DNA from: a virus
Taxonomy: Duplodnaviria; Caudoviricetes
Length of the DNA: 29,035 bases
Reading direction: 5' to 3' (one strand)
IMG/VR virus record: IMGVR_UViG_3300032328_000422
Span: 1-29,035 of that record
The translations under genes and the position numbers were made by a program. Positions 18,301-26,748 of the stretch are shown here, piece after piece (the first letter of the stretch is position 1; every line of letters begins with the position of its first letter). The notes beneath the pieces are model-generated. The model saw only the letters and a list, made by a program, of their open reading frames with translations, was not told the origin of the DNA and made no database searches.

Positions 18301-19750
18301 TATTGGAAAAGTTGAGGCAACAGAAGAACTTTCACAAACACCATCTGGTGGTATGACCTATTATAATGTTTCTAGCACTAATCAAACACAGCCTATTACC
18401 ATTGGTGGAGGCTCTGGAGGTATATGTATTGTTAATCCTAATACAAATAATGGATATTATTTTGAAATAGCAGCATTAAGTGCATCAAAACTTGACTCTT
18501 ATTTACAAGTTGATAAAGTGACCAATGAACCATTAAACGCAATTCACAATATAATGTTTTATAAAACAAAAAGAAGTGCTACAGCAACTAGCAATTCAGA
18601 TCTAGCCGTTCCAGTAAAAATGTGGGGAGGCACAGGAAATATAGTAGTTGATGATGGTAATTTTACAGGGCAATATAGAATTATTGGAGAAGAAAATCCA
18701 ACGGTATATGATTTAGCAATAGAGTATGTTGACATCAATGCAACAACTCGTGTGTTCTATTTATATATTAATCAAAAACTTGTTCAGGTAGTTACTGATA
18801 GAGACCCTATTAATATTATTACAAATTCAGTTGGTTTGTTTGTAAGAGGAACATCTAAGTGTATGTTTGAAAATATATATGCGCTAAGCCAAAACTATTC
18901 AGAAAATTCTGTTTTTAGTACAAATGTTCCAATTGCCTCTATATTTGGAGACGATAATGGAGAACTAAATGCATCTGAAGCATTGACAAAATATTCTTTA
19001 AGTGGTATGATTCAAAAAACATTTTTGTCAGAAGTTAGTCCAAACACATCAAGAAAATATGATATCTATTATGATGAGTTTGGAACTACAATGCGTGAGT
19101 GTTCTTATTTTAATATTAAATTTGATCGTGCATACCCAGCACTATACGCACAGATATCTCCAACCTTTAACAGATTAAAGGGCTATACTGTGTCTGGATT
19201 TACAGCATCTTCTTATGGTGCTGAATTTTTGATATTTAACTGTACAGATTCAACTCTAAGCCTAGATGAAACAAGTGGAAACTATTTAAGAATTCAAGGA
19301 GTATCTTTTACACAAGACACAACCTCAACTGTAACAATGGATGACTACTATAAAAAACGTGGTAATTTCGCTGATCCAGAACTAAAAGGAGATGTAGTAA
19401 TTAAATCACCATATCAATTTACAGAAGAATATGATAAGATTAGAAATAGCAGAATTGAGTATGGCAAGAATGAGTTTGCTTTAGATAGTATTTATATACA
19501 GACTCAAGATCAAGCAGAGGATATTCTAGGTTGGATAGCTGGTAAAAATCTTGCACCTAGAAAAGCAATTGGTCTTAATATTTTTTCTATGCCAATATTG
19601 CAACTAGGAGATATTGTAAATATTAATTATAAAAATGAAGAGGGTCTTGACTTAGTTGTTCCAAGTGAAACAAGATTAGTAGTTTATAATATTGATTACT
19701 CTAGGACAGTTGAAGGTCCTAGCATGACAGTTTATTTGAGCGAGGTATAA
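15335..19750 (+). CDS. Large minor tail/tail-tip hub protein (1471 aa)
   Basis: Second gene after the TMP; hub-like ELAKSTQSGMFFDEYNNFVV and C-terminal PILQLGDIVNINY; internal beta-sandwich region. Confidence 0.7.
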   Translation: MFQNEDLKNHLESSFTIESQTALIAEWNMNVPSNIFKLGNYRYRPTTTGVYSSIPNIFDRLDAGSYYTGATDADITIENGLEPDGSTPLLFTFLKEKEKLYYSLEDCIKPFRPRSGINKCSFFTNKYLSHPNQNMFLRPRYYMPTKDDEFKYWRSYRTEGSGNSLDTRNIEYGISKSNNNGVYPIEDAAPFVVYKEEVPANRIIVKVQTNIGDINLGPFKNSGVENFADPFFGNTNKTVPQRFNVQYLDANDQWINAYVFDQTTTRQDGSDIFGPDGYLSLQYGLQIPSEYQNNFLYVGKVSDASQIPDQSIVGYAYLLQENNFEQGTLYIWNGTEYDQSTPEYSWSLGTESIYENTQFVTDLTNPDYFYEPGDQNKFYRELVWVKGLRLVVESMNVVDTPLELIEISPRLSVDLTGRLIELSITKSLSDLTNASLPVGGMFASTGRVSLFDDDQAFNQNNAWNGNSGSIISKYLKKNIQFKFYDVVKNVNSTNSVGNSEIANFYVPIKVLYSEGIPQTDSGQATISMDLRDFFFYFESMPSPQVLLSEISLSQAVAILLDSIGFSNYVFKRLDSEKDPIIPFFFIPTEKNVAEILIELAKSTQSGMFFDEYNNFVVMTKEYLLDSAGKRPVDLVLYGSQDSTVSGINENIYPTKLSNIIDIASQDQKVFNQGTINYTARYIQRSYGTLKQSMMIDREKTWIYKPVLLWEISGSEATKTLNDEKQSKYTLSAMPLNSDLTESVPQVVSRQIVNNIIDFGENVYYISRYQGYFYSSGEIIKYDAVEYNVPSVGNVWITSNLEYQKYFSSLPFNGKIYPTGLVRIYAEPYYEQIEGRTYLKNGPVASHGRGQFNTTATSHSSGLPSNWSDNQFVQGCNMNADALYNTSISVTTPATSPASASSQAGYGTSFTEKATKSQRNGIIKNFFSSSFGTEANIGYLRSTQTGTMQSSALVFTGPDFGNTETAKNFVSYVWKDLDKPYKHIGTRMRIIGKVEATEELSQTPSGGMTYYNVSSTNQTQPITIGGGSGGICIVNPNTNNGYYFEIAALSASKLDSYLQVDKVTNEPLNAIHNIMFYKTKRSATATSNSDLAVPVKMWGGTGNIVVDDGNFTGQYRIIGEENPTVYDLAIEYVDINATTRVFYLYINQKLVQVVTDRDPINIITNSVGLFVRGTSKCMFENIYALSQNYSENSVFSTNVPIASIFGDDNGELNASEALTKYSLSGMIQKTFLSEVSPNTSRKYDIYYDEFGTTMRECSYFNIKFDRAYPALYAQISPTFNRLKGYTVSGFTASSYGAEFLIFNCTDSTLSLDETSGNYLRIQGVSFTQDTTSTVTMDDYYKKRGNFADPELKGDVVIKSPYQFTEEYDKIRNSRIEYGKNEFALDSIYIQTQDQAEDILGWIAGKNLAPRKAIGLNIFSMPILQLGDIVNINYKNEEGLDLVVPSETRLVVYNIDYSRTVEGPSMTVYLSEV

Positions 19751-19751
19751 A

Positions 19752-20279
19752 GTGGAATCTAGCAGAGTAAATGCAACACCCAATACTAAAAATTTTTTGA
19801 TAACTACAAGAGAATCTTTAGATACTGTTATTAAATCAGCAAGTCCAGATATTGTTATATTTAATGACAAAGCAATAGAAGCAAATGCAGAAGCAATGGT
19901 TGATCTTTTATTTGAAAATATTGGTGGTCAGGAATTGCTACAAATAGCTCGGTATGACACCGTAAATGGGCAATCAGTTTTATATCAGCCAATTAAAAAT
20001 CTTAATATTATTCAAGAAGAGTATAATCCTAACAACATACTTAAATTACAAAAAACATCAGATAGAATATTTCAAAATTTTCCTATTAAGATTGACCCAA
20101 CAATACCAGATGAATCAACTATTCCAGGAGTGCCTGGGAATGTGTATTTAGATAATGATGGAAACCTAGTCATAGAACTTATTAATTTAGAGGGAAATGA
20201 CCAGGTAGAGGTGGAAATCACTCTCAATGGTACAATATATAGTATAGATTTAACTGACAATGAACCAGGGACAATATGA
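19752..20279 (+). CDS. Hypothetical tail-associated protein (175 aa)
   Basis: GTG start with GAGGT upstream; lies inside the tail module. Confidence 0.55.
   Translation: MESSRVNATPNTKNFLITTRESLDTVIKSASPDIVIFNDKAIEANAEAMVDLLFENIGGQELLQIARYDTVNGQSVLYQPIKNLNIIQEEYNPNNILKLQKTSDRIFQNFPIKIDPTIPDESTIPGVPGNVYLDNDGNLVIELINLEGNDQVEVEITLNGTIYSIDLTDNEPGTI
20228..20236 (+). promoter_or_regulatory. Candidate extended -10 TGGTACAAT
   Basis: Matches TGnTAnAAT about 40 nt before ATG 20276, inside the end of the upstream gene. Confidence 0.4.
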
Positions 20280-21649
20280 TAACTAATACAGGTAAACAGA
20301 TTATAGCTAAGTACTTGCTTGGCACAACTTCATCTTATGCTGCATATATAGCCCTTGGTTGCGGTAGAACACCAATAGAGCCAGGAGATTATCCTGGAGA
20401 CTACTCTGCAGAGACTACCATGGACTTTGAGATGTTCAGGGTACCAATAACCTCCAGAGGCTATATAAACGATTCTGGAGACAATAAGGTGGTGTTTACA
20501 GCAGAGCTACCAACGGAAGAAAGATATGAGATTTCTGAGGTAGCAGTATATTCTGCTGGATCAAATACTAGTGCTGGTCCATATGATAGTAAAACTATTA
20601 CTGCTTTTGCAAACACAGAAAGCTGGACATATAATAATGGATCTGGTCCAAATAGCGCAATTGCACCTAGTGTTGGCAACCCAAATCCAATATATGCTTT
20701 GATGGTAGATCAAACATTAGCAGATTCTGCAACAAACAATATTACTATTACATCTAGGGCAATTCAAACGGTATCAACAAACTTTACTTTTGAAAATAAC
20801 ATTAGAGCAGGTAGATATGAAAGATGTAGGTATTTAAATAATATAATAATGTTAAGAGGAAATAGTTGTCACATAGGACTAGACTCTAGTGGCAAATTTG
20901 TACTAGATCCTGTTATTGCAAGCAGGACATTCTTTAATCTATCGGGACAAACTGTTGATTTTAGTAGAAACTCAACATCAGATTTACTAAAAATAGCATT
21001 CTCTGTAGTAAATGTTAATGGAAATAATACTGCAAATATTGCAGAAAAAATACGTGTTATGGTGGAGTTTTCAGACAGCAACGCAACACAGTATGCTCAA
21101 ATGCAATGTGATATTACTGGCTCAACAATACTGAACAATAGATATGTTACTGTTGAAAAAAGACTAGATGAGCTTGTCCGCAGTCCAACATTTTCTTGGA
21201 ATGCTGTTAGTGAAATTAAAATTTATGCAAGTGCAATTGATAATGAAACAACAATCTCTAATAAAGCATTAACAAGTAATATTGCAACCATAAGCACTGG
21301 TTCTACTCCACACGGACTAGTTACTGGTGATTCTGTAACAATATATGGAGTTGATTCAACCTTTAACGGAACCTATACTATTCTTGATGCCCCAACAGCA
21401 ACATCGTTTAGGTATAATAAAACAGCAACTAACGTCCCATCAACTGTAACAACTGGAAACTTTGATAAAGTTAACTCTAATTATTTTATTGCACTTGACG
21501 CAATTAGACTTGATAATGTTTCTACAATTAATCCTTTGTATGGAATGGTTGGATACGCCTTAGTTGAAACCCCTGGTGCAGTTACTATTGTAAAGCAAAC
21601 GAATACAACTAACTATGTAGAATTTAGATTTATTTTGGATGTATCATAG
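20276..21649 (+). CDS. Minor tail/baseplate-associated protein (457 aa)
   Basis: N-terminal MITNTGKQIIAKYL..YIALGCG resembles tail-fibre/collar anchoring domains; Thr/Asn/Ser-rich beta sequence; ATGA overlap. Confidence 0.6.
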   Translation: MITNTGKQIIAKYLLGTTSSYAAYIALGCGRTPIEPGDYPGDYSAETTMDFEMFRVPITSRGYINDSGDNKVVFTAELPTEERYEISEVAVYSAGSNTSAGPYDSKTITAFANTESWTYNNGSGPNSAIAPSVGNPNPIYALMVDQTLADSATNNITITSRAIQTVSTNFTFENNIRAGRYERCRYLNNIIMLRGNSCHIGLDSSGKFVLDPVIASRTFFNLSGQTVDFSRNSTSDLLKIAFSVVNVNGNNTANIAEKIRVMVEFSDSNATQYAQMQCDITGSTILNNRYVTVEKRLDELVRSPTFSWNAVSEIKIYASAIDNETTISNKALTSNIATISTGSTPHGLVTGDSVTIYGVDSTFNGTYTILDAPTATSFRYNKTATNVPSTVTTGNFDKVNSNYFIALDAIRLDNVSTINPLYGMVGYALVETPGAVTIVKQTNTTNYVEFRFILDVS

Positions 21650-22146
21650 TGGCAGCACTTAAAAAAGTTATAATTAGCCGTGATCAACTTCCATCGGTAG
21701 ATTTAGAAACTAGAAGTTATAATGTTAGATACAGATTAATATCTGAAGATAGAAACAGGATATCTCATTGGTCTAAAATGTATAATCTAGTATCTCCAAT
21801 AATTACACCAACTACAGAGTTTTCAATTGTTGTTACAAATGCTTATGACTTAGTTACTGTTACATGGAATTTAGACCAAGTTCCAGAAACAGCATATTTT
21901 GATGTTTGGGTAAGGTGGGTTGGTGCCTCTGCTGAATCTAGTTATCCTTGGCAATACCTTGCCACTATAACAGATAATCAATACTCTATGGTATTTCCAA
22001 CAAATATTCCAGCTCCAGGTGGTGGAACAGAACTTCCAATAAAAGTAAGAGTTGCCGTTCAGCGACCTACATATCCAAAAGAAAAAGAAAATTATCCAAC
22101 AGTTAGCGAAATAACCGTGTTTCAAACAGCGCTAGAAACACTTTAA
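21649..22146 (+). CDS. Hypothetical virion protein, Ig/FN3-like (165 aa)
   Basis: YNVRYRLISEDRNRISHWS and VTVTW..YFDVWVRW patterns; TAGTG overlap. Confidence 0.5.
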   Translation: MAALKKVIISRDQLPSVDLETRSYNVRYRLISEDRNRISHWSKMYNLVSPIITPTTEFSIVVTNAYDLVTVTWNLDQVPETAYFDVWVRWVGASAESSYPWQYLATITDNQYSMVFPTNIPAPGGGTELPIKVRVAVQRPTYPKEKENYPTVSEITVFQTALETL

Positions 22147-22155
22147 TGATATAAT
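22147..22155 (+). promoter_or_regulatory. Extended -10 promoter TGATATAAT
   Basis: Consensus motif filling the short intergenic gap before ATG 22165. Confidence 0.65.
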
Positions 22156-22164
22156 GGAGATATA

Positions 22165-22611
22165 ATGGCAAAAGTACCGCTACCAGAACGAGGACAGCCC
22201 ATAGATGTGGCCTACCTATATCAAATAACAAATGCACTTAATCAGCTATCTGATCAGGTGTCTACTGCTACATACAACTATACAACAATTGATACCGTAT
22301 CAGCAGGAAAACAAAACATAAAAACATCTGAAGCACGTGTTATTGGTGGAGTTATTTCTGTTGCTAATAACAGTACAGTAACAGCATCATCAACTATGAC
22401 CTTTACATATCCATTTCCTAGCGACTTTAAGTACACTCCTATAGTTACAGCTTCTGCTATTAACTCAGGCAGCAAAACTTCTGCTGGAGAAAATGTTTCT
22501 GTAGTGTTAACAGATATAACTAGGTCTAGTGTATCTGGTTTAGTAAAATTTAATGCTTCTGGTGATGTATCTACAATTGTAAATATAATTGCTATAGGCA
22601 TACCAAACTAA
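22165..22611 (+). CDS. Small tail-fibre-like/lectin-like virion protein (148 aa)
   Basis: N-terminal helix, then TFTYPFPSDFKYTPIVTASA..VNIIAIG, resembling H-type-lectin-like fibre tips. Confidence 0.45.
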   Translation: MAKVPLPERGQPIDVAYLYQITNALNQLSDQVSTATYNYTTIDTVSAGKQNIKTSEARVIGGVISVANNSTVTASSTMTFTYPFPSDFKYTPIVTASAINSGSKTSAGENVSVVLTDITRSSVSGLVKFNASGDVSTIVNIIAIGIPN

Positions 22612-22624
22612 AGGGGATTGGTCA

Positions 22625-22813
22625 ATGCATTGCATAAAATGTAATGGCAGAATGTTTGTTGATAGACAATATTCTAGCCAAGTACATATTGAGACTTATT
22701 GCGTCTGTTGTGGTTTAAGAAAATTTTTTCATCCACCATCAGATAGCAAGGAGGGTAGATGGATTTTAAACCAAGAAAACTTGAGAGCAAAGACTACAAT
22801 AGTCAACCTATAG
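22625..22813 (+). CDS. Zn-ribbon protein (62 aa)
   Basis: CIKC..CVCCG; purine-rich AAGGGG upstream. Confidence 0.65.
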   Translation: MHCIKCNGRMFVDRQYSSQVHIETYCVCCGLRKFFHPPSDSKEGRWILNQENLRAKTTIVNL

Positions 22814-23304
22814 TAACTGGAAATAAAAAAATCTGGTTTCTTAATGGTGATTTAGTTAGACTTTATCATAGTTCAAGATCAACAGGTATGGTTTCTGTTT
22901 ATAATATTACAAAAGATAGACTAGAAACTTGTTTTCGTTCTGACTTTAGAAAAAATAGAGAAAGAGCATATACTGTAGCAGAAACTGCTAGACTTGTCAA
23001 TAGACATAGAAAGTATATTCCATTACTAATTAAACGTGGAGTGATTCCACCACCAATGGGTTCTCAGTTAAATGGTGTAAGACACTGGCAAGTAAGAGCA
23101 TACTACTCTGAATCGCAACTAAAAGAGATACGTGATATACTTGCAAGTATACATATTGGAAGACCAAGAAAAGATAATTTAATAACAAATAATATGACAC
23201 CTACGAGTCAAGAGTTGACACGTAGAACAGGCGATGGTATACTTGTTTATACAAGAACTGAAGATGGTAGATTTATTCCAGTGTGGAATGAGAGCATCAA
23301 TTAA
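22759..23304 (+). CDS. MerR/excisionase-like HTH DNA-binding protein (181 aa)
   Basis: YTVAETARLVNRHRKYIPLLIKRGVIPPP..RAYYSESQLKEIRDIL; SD AAGGAGG (22748-22754). Confidence 0.7.
   Translation: MDFKPRKLESKDYNSQPIVTGNKKIWFLNGDLVRLYHSSRSTGMVSVYNITKDRLETCFRSDFRKNRERAYTVAETARLVNRHRKYIPLLIKRGVIPPPMGSQLNGVRHWQVRAYYSESQLKEIRDILASIHIGRPRKDNLITNNMTPTSQELTRRTGDGILVYTRTEDGRFIPVWNESIN
23235..23243 (+). promoter_or_regulatory. Candidate extended -10 TGGTATACT upstream of the replication genes (second candidate TGATATACT at 23133-23141)
   Basis: Identical to the 9-mer before the endonuclease gene; lies in the 3' part of the HTH gene. Confidence 0.45.
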
Positions 23305-23314
23305 TGGAGGAATC

Positions 23315-23548
23315 ATGGAAGACATTACAGAAAACGTTATTGAACGACAAAACACAAAGGTATCTGCAACACTTGGATACACACTTAATCTAGGTAATTT
23401 CCAATCACTAAGAGTTGATCTTGGTGTTGTTGATTATACTCGTGAGGGTGAAACAACAAATGAGGCTATGGATCGTATTTATGCATTTGTTGAAAATAAA
23501 GTAATTGAAAAAGTAAACGAAGCAAAAGCTGAAATCGTAGCAGAGTAG
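23315..23548 (+). CDS. Phage hypothetical protein (77 aa)
   Basis: SD GGAGG before ATG 23315 (preferred over 23234); GYTLNLGNFQSLRVD motif. Confidence 0.7.
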   Translation: MEDITENVIERQNTKVSATLGYTLNLGNFQSLRVDLGVVDYTREGETTNEAMDRIYAFVENKVIEKVNEAKAEIVAE

Positions 23549-23549
23549 A

Positions 23550-23858
23550 GTGGCTGAGCGCAAAGACCGAATGGCTTTGCTCAGTCGCTACAACAAGCTT
23601 TACTTGCAGAGATATGAGCAAAAGTCTAATCTCAATTTGAATGTTGAGCAGTGGGCATCAGATGCCCTTGTTGAATCATACGGGATTTCTGACTGTTATA
23701 ATTTGCTAGATTATTATTTTAGCATTGCACAGGATCCTACTTGGAATTATTTTGCATACAATGCAGAAAAAATTCTTAATGGTAAACTTGATAAAGAACA
23801 AGATGACAAAGAACGAATAGAGCGCAGGGCTAAGGCAAAGGAGTGGTTGAGTGAATAA
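23550..23858 (+). CDS. Hypothetical protein before the helicase (possible helicase loader/accessory)
   Basis: GTG start; overlaps the dnaB start. Function inferred from position only. Confidence 0.6.
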   Translation: MAERKDRMALLSRYNKLYLQRYEQKSNLNLNVEQWASDALVESYGISDCYNLLDYYFSIAQDPTWNYFAYNAEKILNGKLDKEQDDKERIERRAKAKEWLSE

Positions 23859-25077
23859 CACAGAGGCAAAACTAATCACTGCTGTTTTAACTGATAAGCA
23901 AGTGCATGTTCTATTACAAGCAAATGTTGATAATCTTCTTAGAACACATAATGATGTCTGGAATTTTATTAGAAACTATTCTGAAACAAATGGGGTAGTT
24001 CCACCTATTTCATTGGTTGTTGACAAGTTCAGAGACTTTGCTCCAGTAGAGGGTGTTGGTGCTACTAAACATCATCTTGATGAATTGCAAACAGACTATC
24101 TAAACGATAGCCTAAAAGATATTATTCGTGGTGCTGCAGCAGAGATTCAGCAAGGCGAAGGATCAAAGGCACTAGAAGAATTAATTACTAAGACCTCTGA
24201 GTTAAAGAAAAACACATCTGCTATTCGTGACATTGATGCAACAGATATTGATTCTGCTGTTGCTTACTTTGAACATGTAAAAAGACAACAGGAATTAGGT
24301 CACATAGGAATTAAGACTGGTCTTCCAGGATTTGATAACTATCTCCCTTCTGGAATCATGCCAGGACAACTTGGAGTTTTCCTTGCATATCCAGGTATCG
24401 GAAAGTCTTGGTTGGCTCTGTATTTTGCTGTACAGGCTTGGAAACAGGGCAAGACACCGTTGATCATTAGCCTTGAAATGTCAGAGACAGAAGTTCGTAA
24501 TCGTGCATTTACTATTATGGGCGAAGGTCTATGGTCACACAGAAAGTTATCAAATGGTGATGTAGAACTTGACATGCTAAAAAAATGGCATCAAAGCAAG
24601 TTACAAGGCAAACCGCATTTTCATATCATATCTAATGATCAAGGTGGAGAAGTAACACCTTCAGTTATTCGTGGAAAGATTGACCAGTATAAGCCAGACT
24701 TTGTTATTGTTGACTACTTACAACTTATGAGTCCAAATCAAAAGGCTGACAGCGAAACGGTACGAATGAAGAACCTGTCTCGTGAATTAAAACTTATGGC
24801 TATTAGCGAAGAGGTTCCTATTATGGCTATCTCATCTGCCACACCTGATGATGTAAAAGATTTAAGTACAGTTCCAACTCTTGGTCAAACAGCATGGTCA
24901 AGACAGATCGCCTATGATGCTGACTGGGTGTTGGCATTGGGTCGTGGTACTAATAGTGATATTATTGAGTGTGCATTTAGAAAGAATCGTAATGGATTTA
25001 TGGGAGACTTTTTAGTACAAGCAGACTTTGACAAGGGTTATTATCGTTATAAAGACTACGAGGATAAAAATGGTTAA
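23851..25077 (+). CDS. dnaB: DnaB-like replicative helicase (SF4)
   Basis: GIKTGLPGFD, Walker A AYPGIGKS, SLEMS, Walker B IVDYLQL, SRELKLMA, IAYDAD, KNRNG. Confidence 0.95.
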   Translation: MNNTEAKLITAVLTDKQVHVLLQANVDNLLRTHNDVWNFIRNYSETNGVVPPISLVVDKFRDFAPVEGVGATKHHLDELQTDYLNDSLKDIIRGAAAEIQQGEGSKALEELITKTSELKKNTSAIRDIDATDIDSAVAYFEHVKRQQELGHIGIKTGLPGFDNYLPSGIMPGQLGVFLAYPGIGKSWLALYFAVQAWKQGKTPLIISLEMSETEVRNRAFTIMGEGLWSHRKLSNGDVELDMLKKWHQSKLQGKPHFHIISNDQGGEVTPSVIRGKIDQYKPDFVIVDYLQLMSPNQKADSETVRMKNLSRELKLMAISEEVPIMAISSATPDDVKDLSTVPTLGQTAWSRQIAYDADWVLALGRGTNSDIIECAFRKNRNGFMGDFLVQADFDKGYYRYKDYEDKNG

Positions 25078-25993
25078 AGAGTTATATACAACACAACAAA
25101 TACACAGAGTTTTAAATGGTGCAGGAATTGAAATAGAAGCTGAATATGGCACCGACTATATAATCTTTTGTCCTTATCATAATAATAATAGAACACCAGC
25201 AGGAGAAGTTTCCAAAGAAAAAGGAACTTTCTTTTGCTTTGGTTGCCAAACTACAAGAAGTTTGGTTGAACTAATTATGCACATGACAAGTAGAACATAC
25301 TTTGAAACTGTTAGATTTATAAAGAGTAAAGAAACAGAAACAGACATTGAAGCTGTAGTTAATAAAGCTATGCACCAAATTCCTGATTTTGTTCAATATG
25401 ATGAATTACTAATTAAACGATTAAATAAGCAGGCTCTTGATTCCCCAAGGGCAATGACATATTTTGAAGGTAGAAGACTTACCAAGGAATCTGTGATAAA
25501 ATTTGATCTAGGGTTTTCAGAAAAACAAGATTCTGTTATTATTCCGATGCAGTCACCAGACGGTATGTCTATTGGCTTTGTTGCAAGAACCATTGAAGGC
25601 AAGGAGTTTAAAAATACTCCAGGACTTCCTAAGAGCAAGATATTGTTTAATCTTCACAGAGTAAAGGCATCAAAGATAGTTTACGTTGTTGAATCTTCTT
25701 TTGATGCAATAAGATTAGACCAAGTAGGTTTCCCTGCGGTTGCTACCCTAGGGGCAAATGTTTCATCAAGCCAGATTGAACTTTTGAAACGGTACTTTAC
25801 AGGTATTGTATTAGTAGCAGACAATGATGAGGCTGGAGTAATTATGTCTAATAGACTTAGTGAAAAACTAGGTAACTTAGTTACAATTATTTCACCTGAT
25901 AAAAAATATAAAGACATAGGCGATATGACAGATGATGAAATTAGAACTCTTGAGTTCCAGTTTGACAATGTTATTGAGTCTATGCTAAAATAA
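25070..25993 (+). CDS. dnaG: DnaG-like primase (CHC2 Zn finger + Toprim)
   Basis: CPYH..FFCFGC, GFVAR, LFNL, VVESSFDAI, ADNDEAG, KDIGD. Start at ATG 25070 (GAGGA upstream). Confidence 0.92.
   Translation: MVKELYTTQQIHRVLNGAGIEIEAEYGTDYIIFCPYHNNNRTPAGEVSKEKGTFFCFGCQTTRSLVELIMHMTSRTYFETVRFIKSKETETDIEAVVNKAMHQIPDFVQYDELLIKRLNKQALDSPRAMTYFEGRRLTKESVIKFDLGFSEKQDSVIIPMQSPDGMSIGFVARTIEGKEFKNTPGLPKSKILFNLHRVKASKIVYVVESSFDAIRLDQVGFPAVATLGANVSSSQIELLKRYFTGIVLVADNDEAGVIMSNRLSEKLGNLVTIISPDKKYKDIGDMTDDEIRTLEFQFDNVIESMLK
25983..25991 (+). promoter_or_regulatory. Extended -10 TGCTAAAAT for ssb
   Basis: TGnTAnAAT upstream of SD AAGGAG (26008-26013) and ATG 26019. Confidence 0.55.
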
Positions 25994-26018
25994 TAAAACA
26001 CTTATATAAGGAGAAAAT

Positions 26019-26672
26019 ATGACTATTGTAAAGGGATTAAAGAACATCAACGCCCTAGTCGACAAGCCAAAATACGAAGGTACAGGAACAAAAGTTCGTT
26101 GGGTTAAGCTAGCAGACGGACAAGCAGCAAAAATTAGATTTGCAAATGAGTTAGATTCTGACTCAGCAAATTACAATGAAGATCGTGGACTAGCGGTAGT
26201 GTGCTCTGAGCATACAAACCCAAAGGACTACAAGCGCAAGGCAGCATGTACTCAGGAGTCTGAGGGACGTTGCTTTGGTTGTGAGATGGCTCGTAAAGAG
26301 CCTAAGTCTGGCTGGAGAGCACGTCTACGCTTCTACACAAATGTGTTAGTAGATGACGGAACAGAAGATGCTTATATCGCTGTTTGGTCACAAGGTATTA
26401 GTAAGCAGTCTGCTTTTAATACAATTCGTGAGTATGCTCTTGAAACAGGCAGCATCTCAAACTTACAGTGGAAGCTTAAGCGTAATGGTCAGGGAACTGA
26501 AACCAACTACACGCTTATTCCAAGCGTTCCAGACTCAGAACCATTCAAGTGGGATGGTTATGAATTGTTCAACCTAGACAAGGTTGTTCGTGAAGTTCCT
26601 TATCCAGAGCAAGAAGCATTCTACTTTGGGTTTGATACTCCATCTGTTACTAGTACGAATATCGATTGGTAA
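26019..26672 (+). CDS. Single-stranded DNA-binding protein, Zn-binding T4 gp32-like type
   Basis: WVKLADGQAAKIRF, H..C..CFGC, KLKRNGQGTETNYTL, terminal IDW; located between primase and polymerase. Confidence 0.75.
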   Translation: MTIVKGLKNINALVDKPKYEGTGTKVRWVKLADGQAAKIRFANELDSDSANYNEDRGLAVVCSEHTNPKDYKRKAACTQESEGRCFGCEMARKEPKSGWRARLRFYTNVLVDDGTEDAYIAVWSQGISKQSAFNTIREYALETGSISNLQWKLKRNGQGTETNYTLIPSVPDSEPFKWDGYELFNLDKVVREVPYPEQEAFYFGFDTPSVTSTNIDW

Positions 26673-26684
26673 CTAATCATTAAA

Positions 26685-26716
26685 AGGGTGGGGGCATGTA
26701 ATATTGTCCTCACCCT
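26685..26716. terminator. GC-rich hairpin after ssb (terminator or attenuator)
   Basis: 12-bp stem AGGGTGGGGGCA / TGTCCTCACCCT with two G-U pairs. No U-tract on +, short A-run upstream. Confidence 0.55.
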
Positions 26717-26733
26717 ATAATGGGTATGAACTA

Positions 26734-26742
26734 TGGTATACT
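26734..26742 (+). promoter_or_regulatory. Extended -10 TGGTATACT; probable leaderless transcript for the endonuclease and dnaE
   Basis: Ends 6 nt before ATG 26749; no SD in between. Confidence 0.65.
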
Positions 26743-26748
26743 ATACTT

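Noticed and set aside
19680-19690. TAGTTTATAAT identical to 443-453
   Set aside because: A single 11-mer match is plausible by chance in AT-rich DNA, and it lies in coding sequence.
22148-22168. Tandem GATATAATGG duplication
   Set aside because: Explained by -10, SD and ATG packed into a short gap; the second copy overlaps the start codon.
26704-26748. N-terminal extension of the endonuclease from TTG 26704
   Set aside because: It overlaps the hairpin and promoter; ATG 26749 gives a typical LAGLIDADG N-terminus.
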